From a virus (Duplodnaviria; Caudoviricetes): DNA of 34,468 nt. Where the stretch lies: positions 1 to 34,468 of IMG/VR virus record IMGVR_UViG_3300037589_000222, one strand, 5' to 3'. A program made the translations under genes and the position numbers. The notes below the pieces were generated by a model. It ran no database searches. It was not told the DNA's origin and saw only the letters and a program-made list of their open reading frames with translations. Of this stretch, positions 8,093 to 18,211 are shown piece after piece; within the stretch, counting starts at the first letter, position 1, and every line of letters starts with the position of its first letter.

Positions 8093-10305
8093 TATCTATT
8101 AGCTTTTAAAATTTTCCACTGTCCAGCGCCGTTAGGTTTTAGATTAAATAAATACCCGTGCTCAAGTTCATTATCTTCATTGATAAACTCAATAAGACCA
8201 TTCATGTTTGGGATTTCTTTTCCCTGAATTGTAGTAGTTCCTTCAACCATTTCCATGAGAAAGAAATCAACTTGGTGTTCAAATTCTATCCATTCAGGAA
8301 GATATCGAGGTCGGTCAAGATTGGAATTTCGAATCTTTCCATTCTCAGCATATTCGTTTCCTCCATTGAGTTTTGTTTTAAGATTGCTATTCGCTGAAGA
8401 GCTTGCGTATCTAATGAAATCATTCAGGTATTTTGTGAGTCCTGCGGCAATAACCCATCCATGTCTTAATAGTAAATTGATTGGACTGAATCGTAAGTTT
8501 GTTGCTGTTTCTGGGTTAAATATTCCTGAAGGTTCCTGTTCAAAATCATCCTGCCATTTTCTTTGGCTGAATGAGTCAAACCCTCTTTTTAAATCAAAGA
8601 CAAAAACATCTTTATCATATCTTGTATCTTCGGTTGGAAAATCTGATTTTGGTTTTCTGCGCGCGAATTCCGCACCGTATGAGTCAGCTCTATATTTACA
8701 TACTTTTTTGAATGATTTTTTTAGCCTATTGATAATAGTAGTAAATGTGGATTTCGCATTGAACTCATCAAGCCCCATAGCTTCTTCGTAATCTCCTCCT
8801 TTTGAAAAACCAATTTCAACCGACGAATAATAATATTCCTTCGCGACACTCCTTTTTAAGTTTTTCACTTGATATGGAAGCCTAATTGTTACATTTTTAT
8901 CGTAGAAATATTCTAACTTTTCAAATCTAACAATTTTTTTATATCCTTTCTTTTCAATACCAATACCAAGATTCCTTAAAACTGATAATGATTCCCTATA
9001 ATCTTTAAATGAAGTAGAGAACATTTTGTATTTATTATCATCCACTTGTGGGAACTTATCAAAGCCGCGAATCCAAAAACCGTGCGCAAATCCAGTGAGC
9101 GCTGCTTCACCGTCACTTTGATATCCTAATTCAGTTCTTCCAAGTGCTTCTGAGTAAAATGCATTTTCTCTGCCAGTAATAAGATGAACTAGTCTTTCTC
9201 CTAATTCATGAGCTAAAACAATTTTGCAGTTGGAAGGCTCGAAAAAACTATCTTCTTCAATAATTGCTGAGTTACAAACTATATCTCTACAATTTAAGTC
9301 AATATAGGCACTTCCTTGATTGAGTAAATCAAAATCAGTCCATAATTCTAAACTTAAACTTTCACCTTCAAGAATTTCAATAAATCCTTGAAATGATACG
9401 TTGAAACTATTTCCGGAAGCCGCAAAAAGCTCGTTTTTATCAATCCATTCAATGAGATTAATTCTTTCTTTAAAGTTGTAGTCTGATCCGTCTTTGTAAA
9501 TTGTAATAGAAACACCAGCTCTAGCATGGTCTATATCTTCCTGAGTCATATCAAAGATGAAATCAAAGTCGAAATCATGATATAGATTTCGCGTTCTATC
9601 TGATTGGTCAAAGTACATTATGCCTGAATCGCCTTGTTCTAGTTCTCCAATGGTATTAGGAATTACACTTACTGCTTGTTCATGAGAGAATTCGTTTTGA
9701 CCTAACGGAAAACCAACAGAGAGCGTCGCTGCATTTCCGCTTTCGGTCTGGAATAAGATGTGAGCATTGTTATTGATGTCACTTACTTTATACAACGTTT
9801 TTAAAAATATCCTTCTACCATCAAATAAAAAACTTTCTGTCTGTAGTTCTCCTACTGGAACCCCGTCCATGGTATCTAATCGCTCAATTTCAACTTCTTC
9901 AGACTCTCTAGCTTTTAACAATGATTCTATTCCGCCAGAATTGAATTTGATGGAAACTTTTTTGTTTTGAATGCTGTATGTAGATAGATCTAAATAGCCT
10001 TCATAAGATTTAGCCCAAATATCAGTTATTGGGTGTCTTTCATCAAGTCTTAATTTGATTTCTGCATTGATTCCGTCAAAATCTTTTACAAGTTTGATGA
10101 AGTCAGCGCCATCATTTATGAATTGAAGATTGTTTGAAAATTTAGCAAATACACCGTGGTAATCTTTATTCCTAGCATATTCCTTTTCATCCGTACGCCA
10201 ACCGATTGGTTCGGTAATTATCACAGGCTTGAAGTTTTTGCTCCAAAGGGAATACCGTTTTCTATCATAATATGTTGGATTTACTCTACTCATTATGCAT
10301 TCCAA
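8092..10305 (-). CDS. Tail tip / distal tail structural protein
   Basis: 737 aa, directly downstream of tape measure. Confidence 0.65.
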   Translation of the reverse strand: MECIMSRVNPTYYDRKRYSLWSKNFKPVIITEPIGWRTDEKEYARNKDYHGVFAKFSNNLQFINDGADFIKLVKDFDGINAEIKLRLDERHPITDIWAKSYEGYLDLSTYSIQNKKVSIKFNSGGIESLLKARESEEVEIERLDTMDGVPVGELQTESFLFDGRRIFLKTLYKVSDINNNAHILFQTESGNAATLSVGFPLGQNEFSHEQAVSVIPNTIGELEQGDSGIMYFDQSDRTRNLYHDFDFDFIFDMTQEDIDHARAGVSITIYKDGSDYNFKERINLIEWIDKNELFAASGNSFNVSFQGFIEILEGESLSLELWTDFDLLNQGSAYIDLNCRDIVCNSAIIEEDSFFEPSNCKIVLAHELGERLVHLITGRENAFYSEALGRTELGYQSDGEAALTGFAHGFWIRGFDKFPQVDDNKYKMFSTSFKDYRESLSVLRNLGIGIEKKGYKKIVRFEKLEYFYDKNVTIRLPYQVKNLKRSVAKEYYYSSVEIGFSKGGDYEEAMGLDEFNAKSTFTTIINRLKKSFKKVCKYRADSYGAEFARRKPKSDFPTEDTRYDKDVFVFDLKRGFDSFSQRKWQDDFEQEPSGIFNPETATNLRFSPINLLLRHGWVIAAGLTKYLNDFIRYASSSANSNLKTKLNGGNEYAENGKIRNSNLDRPRYLPEWIEFEHQVDFFLMEMVEGTTTIQGKEIPNMNGLIEFINEDNELEHGYLFNLKPNGAGQWKILKANR

Positions 10306-13300
10306 TCAGTGTTTTTTAATCTAAAAAGCTCATGTTCAAAGTCAGTAGATTTTGTTTGAGGAACAATGATATTTGGTTTACTCTTTTCAACTGCTTTTCT
10401 AGTCAATCTAGTTTCTTCAATCAAGGCATCATAATTGCTATTGAATTCATATTTAGCTTGAAACTGATTAAGTTTCCTATTGTCAGCTTCAACACTTGAT
10501 AATATTGATGCCCTCATTAATTTATCATACTCCTCTAAACTTGGTGTTACTTTGGTACCTGTCGGTAAATCTAAAAGCGAAGGTCTGTCAACAATGTAAG
10601 GTGCTTTGTTTGGCTCAGTAACAATTTCTGGTCTTTCTTCTCCAACCCAAGCAATACCTCCTGGATGGAAGTCAGTTCCTTTTGCATACTTTGGAATAGG
10701 CGCGGCTAGAGCTGCTGCTAATTGAATCGCACCTAAAGTGGCTACTAAAGCAGAGAATGGAATACCTAAAACAGCACCGCCTTGTGCTAATGCTTTTGAT
10801 ACACCTTGCGCTATATTAATACCTATTTCAGTGACCGCTAATGCTTTGTTTAAAACAGCTTGTTTGCGCTGTTCCTTGCGTTTCTTTTTTTCTAGTCTTT
10901 CTCTGGTAGCTTCTCTTTGTTCTTCGAGTGCCGCACGTTGTTCTTCTGTTAAGTTTTCGTTTTCAAGAAGTTTGTTAAACTTGTCATCTTCTCTAGCAAT
11001 CTCTTCATCAATTTTATTAATTTTAGAGTCCAGTATTGCATTGGCTAAATCCGATAAAGCGCTTGATAAATTATTAGATATGTCTAGTATTTCCTGAGCC
11101 TTTTCTTCAACACTCTTAGCTTCTTTATCATCATTATCAATGACGTGTTGTGTTTTTACGTCTGAAATATCGGCTTTCAGTTTGGCAAGTTTCGCCTCAT
11201 ATTCAGCTCTTTTTTCTGCACTGATGTTTTCACTCTCAAGTAATTGCTCTACAGCTTTTACCTGAGTTTGAAGAGCCTCAACTGCATAGCGTTTCTTTAT
11301 TTCAGCTATTCGTTTTTCGCGAAGTTCTACAGCTTCTTCTTCTTTTGCGTAGATTCCTTCTTTAGCTAGAAAAGCATTATTTTCCGCTTCAATCTCGTTA
11401 TTGAGAGCTTTTTCGCGTTCATTTGCTACTTTTTTGGCAGCGGCAACTATTTTTTCAGCCTCTACAGCTTCATCATTTCTTTTTCCTGCATTTAGAATTG
11501 CGCTTCTTTTTGCTTGATATTGTTCAATGATGAGTGTTTCTTCGTCACCTATTTTTTTCAGTGTTTCTTTTGAAACATCACCTTTTGTAATTAAAGCTTC
11601 AAGTTCTTTTTCAGAAAAGTTTTTAGACGCATCAAATTTGTTTTTAGCAGTTAGTTTAGCTAATTCGATTTCGAGTCTACTTTGTTCTTCTATAGCCTTA
11701 GAACGCTTTTCAAAAGAATTTTCTTGATTGCTAAAAATCTCTTCTTGCTCTTTGATTTGTTGTTTTAGTGAAAACTCAGAAAGTTTAAAAGCATCTTGAC
11801 GTAGTTTCTTTTCAGCAGCAGCTCTTTCTTTGGCGGCTTTATCTGCGTCCTTGTTTGCTTTTTTAACGCCAAGAATCGAATCAATTTCCTTTTGGTAAGT
11901 GCCAATTAAATCATTGATTTTTTCTGACCGTTTAATGTCAGATTGTGAACTATTTAATCCGTCTTGTTCTTCGCGAAGCGCTTTGATCTTATCTTTAAGT
12001 TCAGATACATTTAATAGCTCATCTTTTATAAGTCCAGCTAATACTTTTGATTCTTCAATTTGTTTTTGATTAGCCTTTTGTCTTTCGTCATAAGCTTCAC
12101 GCTGTTTTTCAAATTCCTTTCTTTGAGCAATTCTAGCTCTTCCTTCTTCAGTAAGGCTTTCAATCAAACGGTTCTTTGTGTTGATATTTTTCTGATTTTC
12201 TTCAATTTTTTTTCTAACTATTTTTAATTCTTCAGAACTAAGTGCGTTGCCTTCTTTTATTCTATCTGCATTTCTTCCAGCTATTACTTCTTGTTTTTTT
12301 AAAACACCATTGTAATTCGCAATCCGTCCAACACCTTTAACATAGAAACCAACACCTTCTTGACTTATCTTGTTAAATTGTTTCTGTTGTTTTTCAAGCA
12401 ACGCTAATTGCTCTCTATTTTCTTTTAATAAAGCTTTCTCTTCTTGGGAGCCAAACAATCTTTCTTTGTTAGCTTTCGCATTTTCCCTAACAATATCAGT
12501 ATTAACGGTTAGAGCTTTTCCGTAGTCATTGACTTTAGAGACAGCCTCTGGAAAATCCTTAGATAATTGGACAATGATATCATCCAGTTCTTTCTGCTCT
12601 TTTTTATTGAGTTTGGTTTTACCTCCTAAATTTTCCGCTTTGTCACTTAATTCGTCATATCTATCAGCCAAACTTCTAGTCGTACTAGATTGTTTTTCCT
12701 GTTCTTCTCTTTGTTCAATAAAAGCTCTTGTAGCTTCATTGGTTGTTTCAATATTCTCGGATAGTGATTTATTTGCTTCACTTAAATAGTAAATCAACGC
12801 AGCCAATCCAGTTGCTACTATTCCAAACAGATTTGCTTTTAAAACATCACCAAGTTTCTTGAAAGCTAAACTCGCTCGTATTGATGCTACAGACGTTTTA
12901 TTCAAGCCTTGCGCAGCTCTAATAGCTCCAAGTCTTTGCAATACCAAATTTCTATTTGAAAAAGCGACATTTGCCGCCATTATTTTCTGCTGAATAGAAG
13001 CCAAATAGACAGCCGCTTTGTATGCGAGCCACGCTTTTACTATGTAGGTTACAATAGGAATTAATGTATCTAAATTTCTAGCTAAGAATCCAATACCATC
13101 TTTTAGGGTGATTCCTGCTTCAGTTGAATCATTGAGCTTTAGAATATAGCCTTCCCAGGCAGATCGCAACAACTTAATCGAACCATCTAAAGTGTCAAGC
13201 TCTTGGTTTGCCATTCTTTCGGCAGTTCCTGCCGCATTATTCAAAGCATCATCTAATTCTTTAGTAGCATCAATATTGTTTGATAATACCGTAGCCGAAA

Positions 13301-14666
13301 CTGCTGCTCTTTTACCAAATTCATCATTGGCAGCAGTTAACTTGTCTTGATTTTTCTTGATTTTTTCAAGTATTTGCTCGTAGTTCAAGCCTTGTGCAGC
13401 AGATTCAATGAATATATTTCTTAGTGCAGTGGAAGAGCTTGATACGTCAATTCCTGAATCTGCTAATTTACCCATTAAGGCAACTAGCTTTGTAAATGGA
13501 ATTCCTGCTGCATTTGCTGCCCCGGCCACAATTGGTATCCCAGTTTCTAACTTCGAGAAGTTTAACGCGCTTTTTGCTGTAGATAGTGAAAGAATGTCAA
13601 TAATTTTAGGCGCATCGGTAGTACTTAAATCATCGAAGGTATTTACAACAGCACCGACTAACTCGGCTGTTTTATCAAGTTCCGAGTTCATTGCGATGGA
13701 ACCTGAAATAGTTGACTCAGTTAAATCAAGTATTTCCTGCTGCTCAAATCCTAAACGCGCATAGGCAATTTGAAGCTGCGTAACTTGTCCAGCAGTTTTT
13801 ACAGTTGTTTCACCTAATCTTACTGCATCATCAGTAAGACCTTGCATTTCTTCTCGCTCTACTTGAAGAACTGCGGCAAGTGTAGCGTTTTGCTTTTCAA
13901 AGTCTCGAATAACCTGAACAGCATCTTTTACAACTGCCGCTACAAGGAATGCACCGCCCATAACACCCATTGCGGAAGCCAATGAGTTTGCTGCCGCCCT
14001 TGCATTTTGCATGGCTTTTGTGTAGTTTCCAACGTTACGTTGGAACTGTCCAACATTGACATCTACCTTTTTTAGTGCTGCATCAAGTTCTAGGATTCTT
14101 TTTCGTAATCGTTTGGCTTCTTTACCACTTGTGCCTTGAGTGAGTGCTACGTCTTTGTACCTTCTTCGAAGTTTGGTAAGAATGATTGACTGCTTTTCGT
14201 ATTCAGTTGATAATTTTGACGAAAGTACAGCAGCTTCTCGCTTACCTCTGTTAAGGATTCTTAACTCATATTTTTCTTTTTCGGTTAATTTGATGCTTTG
14301 GCGCTGAACTCTGTTTTTTTTGCTTTCTAAGGAAATTCTTTGCTTTTCGGTCTGAATAGCGGCAATGATAGCTTTTTGTTTTGCTACAAGTGCGTTGTGT
14401 TCTGCCTTGATTGCTTCAGCAGCTCTTTTTCGCAGATTCTCTTCTTGCTGCTTGATTTGTAAAAATTCTTTTCGCCCATCAGCTACTTTGAATTGTTTTT
14501 CAATATTGGAATACTCGATTGCAACACTTTTGAGTTCTCGAAGTGCCGCCTCCCATTTTTCAGTAGCTTCTATTCCAGGTTGTAAACTTTCTGCAAAGTC
14601 CTTACCTACGGAGAATACTTTTTTTTCCGCTATGTCATTTCTGGTTATTCTACCTTTTCCCGACAT
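10293..14666 (-). CDS. Tail tape measure protein
   Basis: 1457 aa, Ala-rich and coiled-coil, QRNVGNY motif, TP901-like core, C-terminal YAKGT...VGE.RPE motif. Confidence 0.93.
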   Translation of the reverse strand: MSGKGRITRNDIAEKKVFSVGKDFAESLQPGIEATEKWEAALRELKSVAIEYSNIEKQFKVADGRKEFLQIKQQEENLRKRAAEAIKAEHNALVAKQKAIIAAIQTEKQRISLESKKNRVQRQSIKLTEKEKYELRILNRGKREAAVLSSKLSTEYEKQSIILTKLRRRYKDVALTQGTSGKEAKRLRKRILELDAALKKVDVNVGQFQRNVGNYTKAMQNARAAANSLASAMGVMGGAFLVAAVVKDAVQVIRDFEKQNATLAAVLQVEREEMQGLTDDAVRLGETTVKTAGQVTQLQIAYARLGFEQQEILDLTESTISGSIAMNSELDKTAELVGAVVNTFDDLSTTDAPKIIDILSLSTAKSALNFSKLETGIPIVAGAANAAGIPFTKLVALMGKLADSGIDVSSSSTALRNIFIESAAQGLNYEQILEKIKKNQDKLTAANDEFGKRAAVSATVLSNNIDATKELDDALNNAAGTAERMANQELDTLDGSIKLLRSAWEGYILKLNDSTEAGITLKDGIGFLARNLDTLIPIVTYIVKAWLAYKAAVYLASIQQKIMAANVAFSNRNLVLQRLGAIRAAQGLNKTSVASIRASLAFKKLGDVLKANLFGIVATGLAALIYYLSEANKSLSENIETTNEATRAFIEQREEQEKQSSTTRSLADRYDELSDKAENLGGKTKLNKKEQKELDDIIVQLSKDFPEAVSKVNDYGKALTVNTDIVRENAKANKERLFGSQEEKALLKENREQLALLEKQQKQFNKISQEGVGFYVKGVGRIANYNGVLKKQEVIAGRNADRIKEGNALSSEELKIVRKKIEENQKNINTKNRLIESLTEEGRARIAQRKEFEKQREAYDERQKANQKQIEESKVLAGLIKDELLNVSELKDKIKALREEQDGLNSSQSDIKRSEKINDLIGTYQKEIDSILGVKKANKDADKAAKERAAAEKKLRQDAFKLSEFSLKQQIKEQEEIFSNQENSFEKRSKAIEEQSRLEIELAKLTAKNKFDASKNFSEKELEALITKGDVSKETLKKIGDEETLIIEQYQAKRSAILNAGKRNDEAVEAEKIVAAAKKVANEREKALNNEIEAENNAFLAKEGIYAKEEEAVELREKRIAEIKKRYAVEALQTQVKAVEQLLESENISAEKRAEYEAKLAKLKADISDVKTQHVIDNDDKEAKSVEEKAQEILDISNNLSSALSDLANAILDSKINKIDEEIAREDDKFNKLLENENLTEEQRAALEEQREATRERLEKKKRKEQRKQAVLNKALAVTEIGINIAQGVSKALAQGGAVLGIPFSALVATLGAIQLAAALAAPIPKYAKGTDFHPGGIAWVGEERPEIVTEPNKAPYIVDRPSLLDLPTGTKVTPSLEEYDKLMRASILSSVEADNRKLNQFQAKYEFNSNYDALIEETRLTRKAVEKSKPNIIVPQTKSTDFEHELFRLKNTDWNA

Positions 14667-15228
14667 TACTCTCTAGTGCTTTAATCTTTTTATTTCCAAT
14701 ACTGATTAATGAATAATACTGTGTGAGTGTAATCTTATTGGTGTCGATAAATCCTGAACCTGTAAAAGCACTGTAGCTCATAACTGCTTCGTCGAAACTC
14801 AATGCGTTTTTATCTGCATTGTCAATCTTTGGCATTCGCTTTTGGATTTTATCAAGCTTAATTTTTATATCCTCACTTTGGCGATCAATTCGTTCTAAAT
14901 CTGCTTTTAAGTCACCTTTAAATTGATAGCTGTATTCTTTGAGTTTACTCATAAGCTCTTCATCTTCTCCATAGGTCAAACATCGTATTGAGATTTTAAC
15001 TGATTGGAGTTTTGCTCCGAGAGCTTCAATTTTTTTAGAAAGATTTAGTACTTTGATTGCGTCTTTATTTGGCGGCGACAATTGGTTATGAGCTTCTTCA
15101 ATTTGAATCCAAATACGCTGCAAATCTTCTTCAGAAGTGTTTTCTGTGGACAATAGTTTAATATCTCCAGTTTCTACAATCTTGAAGTATAATTTGGCTG
15201 GTATTATTTCAATTGAATCATAAGTCAT
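14650..15228 (-). CDS. Putative tail assembly chaperone
   Basis: Helical protein immediately upstream of tape measure. Confidence 0.5.
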   Translation of the reverse strand: MTYDSIEIIPAKLYFKIVETGDIKLLSTENTSEEDLQRIWIQIEEAHNQLSPPNKDAIKVLNLSKKIEALGAKLQSVKISIRCLTYGEDEELMSKLKEYSYQFKGDLKADLERIDRQSEDIKIKLDKIQKRMPKIDNADKNALSFDEAVMSYSAFTGSGFIDTNKITLTQYYSLISIGNKKIKALESNVGKR

Positions 15229-15665
15229 AGTAATTCCTTTCTAAAATATTTTAAGAAAAAAGGTAATATTCGAGCGTCTATTACCTTTTGTAAATCTTGA
15301 TCTTGCAAGCCGAAAATGTTATCAGATAACAGGTTGTCAAGTACTTCTCGTTTTTTTGAATCTTTGGTATCGAAAAAAATGCTATCCCTTGATACTTTTG
15401 CAAATAATCCATCAAGGAAATCGCCGCTTTCTAATAGATTGAATGGCTCACCAGCTTTTTTTCTTCCATCGGTGATGATTTCTGTAGCTACTGAGTAAAA
15501 GCCTATCGGTCTACCGAAAACATCTTGACTATCTTCATGAAGTGTAGCTACGTTGTAGGCAGCTAGTTCTTTTTCAATCTTCCTAATGAACCTAAAGAGG
15601 TCACTCTGTATTTTTCGACTCGTTAGCCTTTTCGCTGTTTTTTGTAGTTCTCTTATTGTTGCCAC
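15225..15665 (-). CDS. Putative neck / tail completion protein
   Basis: NLLESGDFLDGL resembles the L..TG.L..S motif of tail-completion proteins; position. Confidence 0.5.
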   Translation of the reverse strand: MATIRELQKTAKRLTSRKIQSDLFRFIRKIEKELAAYNVATLHEDSQDVFGRPIGFYSVATEIITDGRKKAGEPFNLLESGDFLDGLFAKVSRDSIFFDTKDSKKREVLDNLLSDNIFGLQDQDLQKVIDARILPFFLKYFRKELL

Positions 15666-15816
15666 GTATAGCGATTTTATGGGCTTTTTTCAATTCTGCT
15701 TCACGTTGTTTAGATGGAATTTGTTTAAAGATCCAATTTGAAGCGTATTGTTCTTTAAATTTCCCAAAGGGTTCATTATAACCCTTTGGGAATACAATTC
15801 CTTTATACGTATTCAT
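15601..15816 (-). CDS. Small basic phage protein
   Basis: TAATG-coupled to the major tail gene. Confidence 0.55.
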   Translation of the reverse strand: MNTYKGIVFPKGYNEPFGKFKEQYASNWIFKQIPSKQREAELKKAHKIAIRGNNKRTTKNSEKANESKNTE

Positions 15817-16673
15817 TAAGAAACTGTGATTTTCAACGGTTCAATTCCTTCGTAAAGCATTTCAGTAACTGAAACTACTCCGTTAATCTCAACCGTGTAA
15901 TCAGTTAGGAACCCTGTTCCTGTAAGTTCATAGACACCATTTGGATCAACTGGAACGTTTCCAGTAGAAACGACTGCACCATCAGTATCTTTTATCGTGA
16001 AATGAGTGTACTCAAGGCTCGAAATAGGAGAACTTGAACATGAGGTGTAAGCCTTGAATTTGATAGAAGTAGCTGTAGCACTTTCTAAAACTAAACTCAC
16101 ATCTTCTATACCTTCCAATTCGGAAGCCTCAAATTCTGGTTTAATGATTGAATACACATCGCTTTCATACTTCAAGAAAACATCATTGAAAGGAACATCT
16201 GAATCAGTAGCCTCATTTCTAAGACCTATAAGGATTGATGTTAAGTTTCTTCCTCCGAAACTTCCGTTTTCAAAAAGTTCTCCTGTCACTTCTTCAGCAT
16301 CAGTAATTTGAAAAACACGAGTGTAATCTGAATCTTCGTATGTTTTTAAATTTGCATACGTACAGATTGCTGTATCAATTCTATATTTGGAACCAGAAAC
16401 ACCTTCTTTGAGTTTATAGTCTTTGTATCGACCGTTTTTAATTTGAGCATCTGTATTGTTCGCTTCAACTCCTTCAATGTTTGGAAGAGGAACAATGTTT
16501 TTAGATTTAATAGCATCAAGCCATTTTGATTTGTCATTAGCATCAGCCTCAGAAGCGAATCTAAATCCTGACTTAGCCAATGCAATTGTTTTCACAGGAG
16601 CTTCAAGACACTGCTTTTTACCTCCTAAATTTTTTGTTGTGGATTCATTTCCACATGCGCGGTTTACTACCAT
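15816..16673 (-). CDS. Putative major tail tube protein
   Basis: 285 aa beta-rich, Ig-like C-terminus, position between head-tail genes and tape measure. Confidence 0.7.
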   Translation of the reverse strand: MVVNRACGNESTTKNLGGKKQCLEAPVKTIALAKSGFRFASEADANDKSKWLDAIKSKNIVPLPNIEGVEANNTDAQIKNGRYKDYKLKEGVSGSKYRIDTAICTYANLKTYEDSDYTRVFQITDAEEVTGELFENGSFGGRNLTSILIGLRNEATDSDVPFNDVFLKYESDVYSIIKPEFEASELEGIEDVSLVLESATATSIKFKAYTSCSSSPISSLEYTHFTIKDTDGAVVSTGNVPVDPNGVYELTGTGFLTDYTVEINGVVSVTEMLYEGIEPLKITVS

Positions 16674-16684
16674 GATGTTTTTTA

Positions 16685-17200
16685 TTAATAATTAATTTTC
16701 TTTTGTTTACAATTCGTAAGTTCTAACTCACAACTGAACTTTAACACATCCCAAATGTCAGTAGCTTTGTTAACTGTATCTCCTTGGTTTTTTTCTTTTA
16801 CTCCGTAGTTGTAATGAAGCTCATAACTTTCATCATCTCGGTTTCTAATCAGAGTAAATCCTGATTGGCTTAATGCCTTGACGATATTATCATAAAGAGG
16901 CACAAGAGTTGGCTTAACTGTTACTTCAAGCCTTTGTCTATTGCTCATTTCTGAATTTGTTAGAGTGGCTAAAATGAATTTGAATTTACCTCTCTTTCTA
17001 TTCCTTCCTGTTAATTTGGTAGGTGTTTCTAACCAAACCAATGGATAAACTTTACCGCCTTCCTTTGCTTTTTGGTCCAGATACCTCAATAAATCTTCAT
17101 GTGTACCGAAATCATATTGAGGTTTATATTCAGATTCACTGATAGTCATTACTGGCAGTGTATCAAAAAGAGCTATGAATCTTTCTTCAGCAATTATCAT
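16685..17200 (-). CDS. Putative tail terminator / head-tail joining protein
   Basis: YPLVWL motif and position. Confidence 0.5.
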   Translation of the reverse strand: MIIAEERFIALFDTLPVMTISESEYKPQYDFGTHEDLLRYLDQKAKEGGKVYPLVWLETPTKLTGRNRKRGKFKFILATLTNSEMSNRQRLEVTVKPTLVPLYDNIVKALSQSGFTLIRNRDDESYELHYNYGVKEKNQGDTVNKATDIWDVLKFSCELELTNCKQKKINY

Positions 17201-17805
17201 AATCCAAGAATATTTACGTTCTCAAATCTTTTAGGATGCCAATTAGCATACGTTCCAGGACTTACATTATTCATATCTTGAATGAAATCATATAGACTTC
17301 TAAAGCCATGAGTACAGTTAGTAAATTCAGTAAGTTTGTGAAATGTTCTAAACGAAGCCACGTACAAAGGATCTGCTGTTACATTGATAGAATTTTTGGT
17401 CTTCTCAATTTGCGCTCCAGTTCCTTTGAAACTAACTAAATTATTAGATAAGAACTCACAGAATACATAGTAAGCTATTAAGCTTCTATCAAGTAGTTTG
17501 TCTTTAAATATCAAGCCTCGCCACTTCACAGGCAAACCATCTATATCGTATTCTTTACCATTGAGTAAATCATCCCATTTTTGGTTCGCTGTTGATTTTA
17601 ATCCGTTTGAAGTGCTTGAATCCAATTCATTTATGAACTCACTGTATAATGGATATCCGAAACAATCAACTAAAATATCTCGCTCAAATTCCTCTATGTA
17701 ATAGTCAAGACTTGTAGCGTTTCCAATAAGATTACTATTTGGAGCTGTGTCTTGTGCGTTCGGAATTTGAACGATGGATTTGAAATATGAGCGAGATATA
17801 ATCAT
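17197..17805 (-). CDS. Putative head-tail adaptor
   Basis: Helical 202-aa protein two genes downstream of capsid. Confidence 0.55.
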   Translation of the reverse strand: MIISRSYFKSIVQIPNAQDTAPNSNLIGNATSLDYYIEEFERDILVDCFGYPLYSEFINELDSSTSNGLKSTANQKWDDLLNGKEYDIDGLPVKWRGLIFKDKLLDRSLIAYYVFCEFLSNNLVSFKGTGAQIEKTKNSINVTADPLYVASFRTFHKLTEFTNCTHGFRSLYDFIQDMNNVSPGTYANWHPKRFENVNILGL

Positions 17806-17813
17806 TGTGCTAA

Positions 17814-18209
17814 TTATTTTTTCAGTTTAGCTACTTCTGTATTTGCCTTTTTCAAAGCAGCTTCCGAAATTTTTAGTTTTCCTTGAGCTTCTGTCAGCGA
17901 AGCTTTAACTTTACCAAGTTCTTCGTTGGCAGTAGCTAGTTCTGTTTCCTTCCCACTTAATTGAGTTTGTAAATCCTCAATTTGTGTTTTCGCTTTACCA
18001 AGTTCTTCGTTGGCAGTAGCTAGTTGAGACTTTAGCTCTTTAACATTGGCATCGTCAGAAGTGTCATCTTCTTTTTTTACCTCTCCTACAATCTCAACTT
18101 TTTCGTTTTTAACACAAGCCTTAGCTGTGCTTTCTTCCATTTCGAGAGTATCATCTTTTTTATACTCTCCGAAACTTTCAACAATTACTTTTACTTTTAC
18201 TTTTTTCAT
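17814..18209 (-). CDS. Coiled-coil protein after capsid
   Basis: Small N-terminal beta domain plus heptads; LATANEELGK twice. Confidence 0.7.
   Translation of the reverse strand: MKKVKVKVIVESFGEYKKDDTLEMEESTAKACVKNEKVEIVGEVKKEDDTSDDANVKELKSQLATANEELGKAKTQIEDLQTQLSGKETELATANEELGKVKASLTEAQGKLKISEAALKKANTEVAKLKK
17909..18025. repeat. 33-bp direct repeat (17909-17941, 17993-18025)
   Basis: Identical copies 84 bp (4 heptads) apart. Confidence 0.9.
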
Positions 18210-18211
18210 AA

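Noticed and set aside
14650-15816. Programmed frameshift of tail assembly chaperones
   Set aside because: No convincing slippery site joining two frames was identified; each ORF has its own ATG
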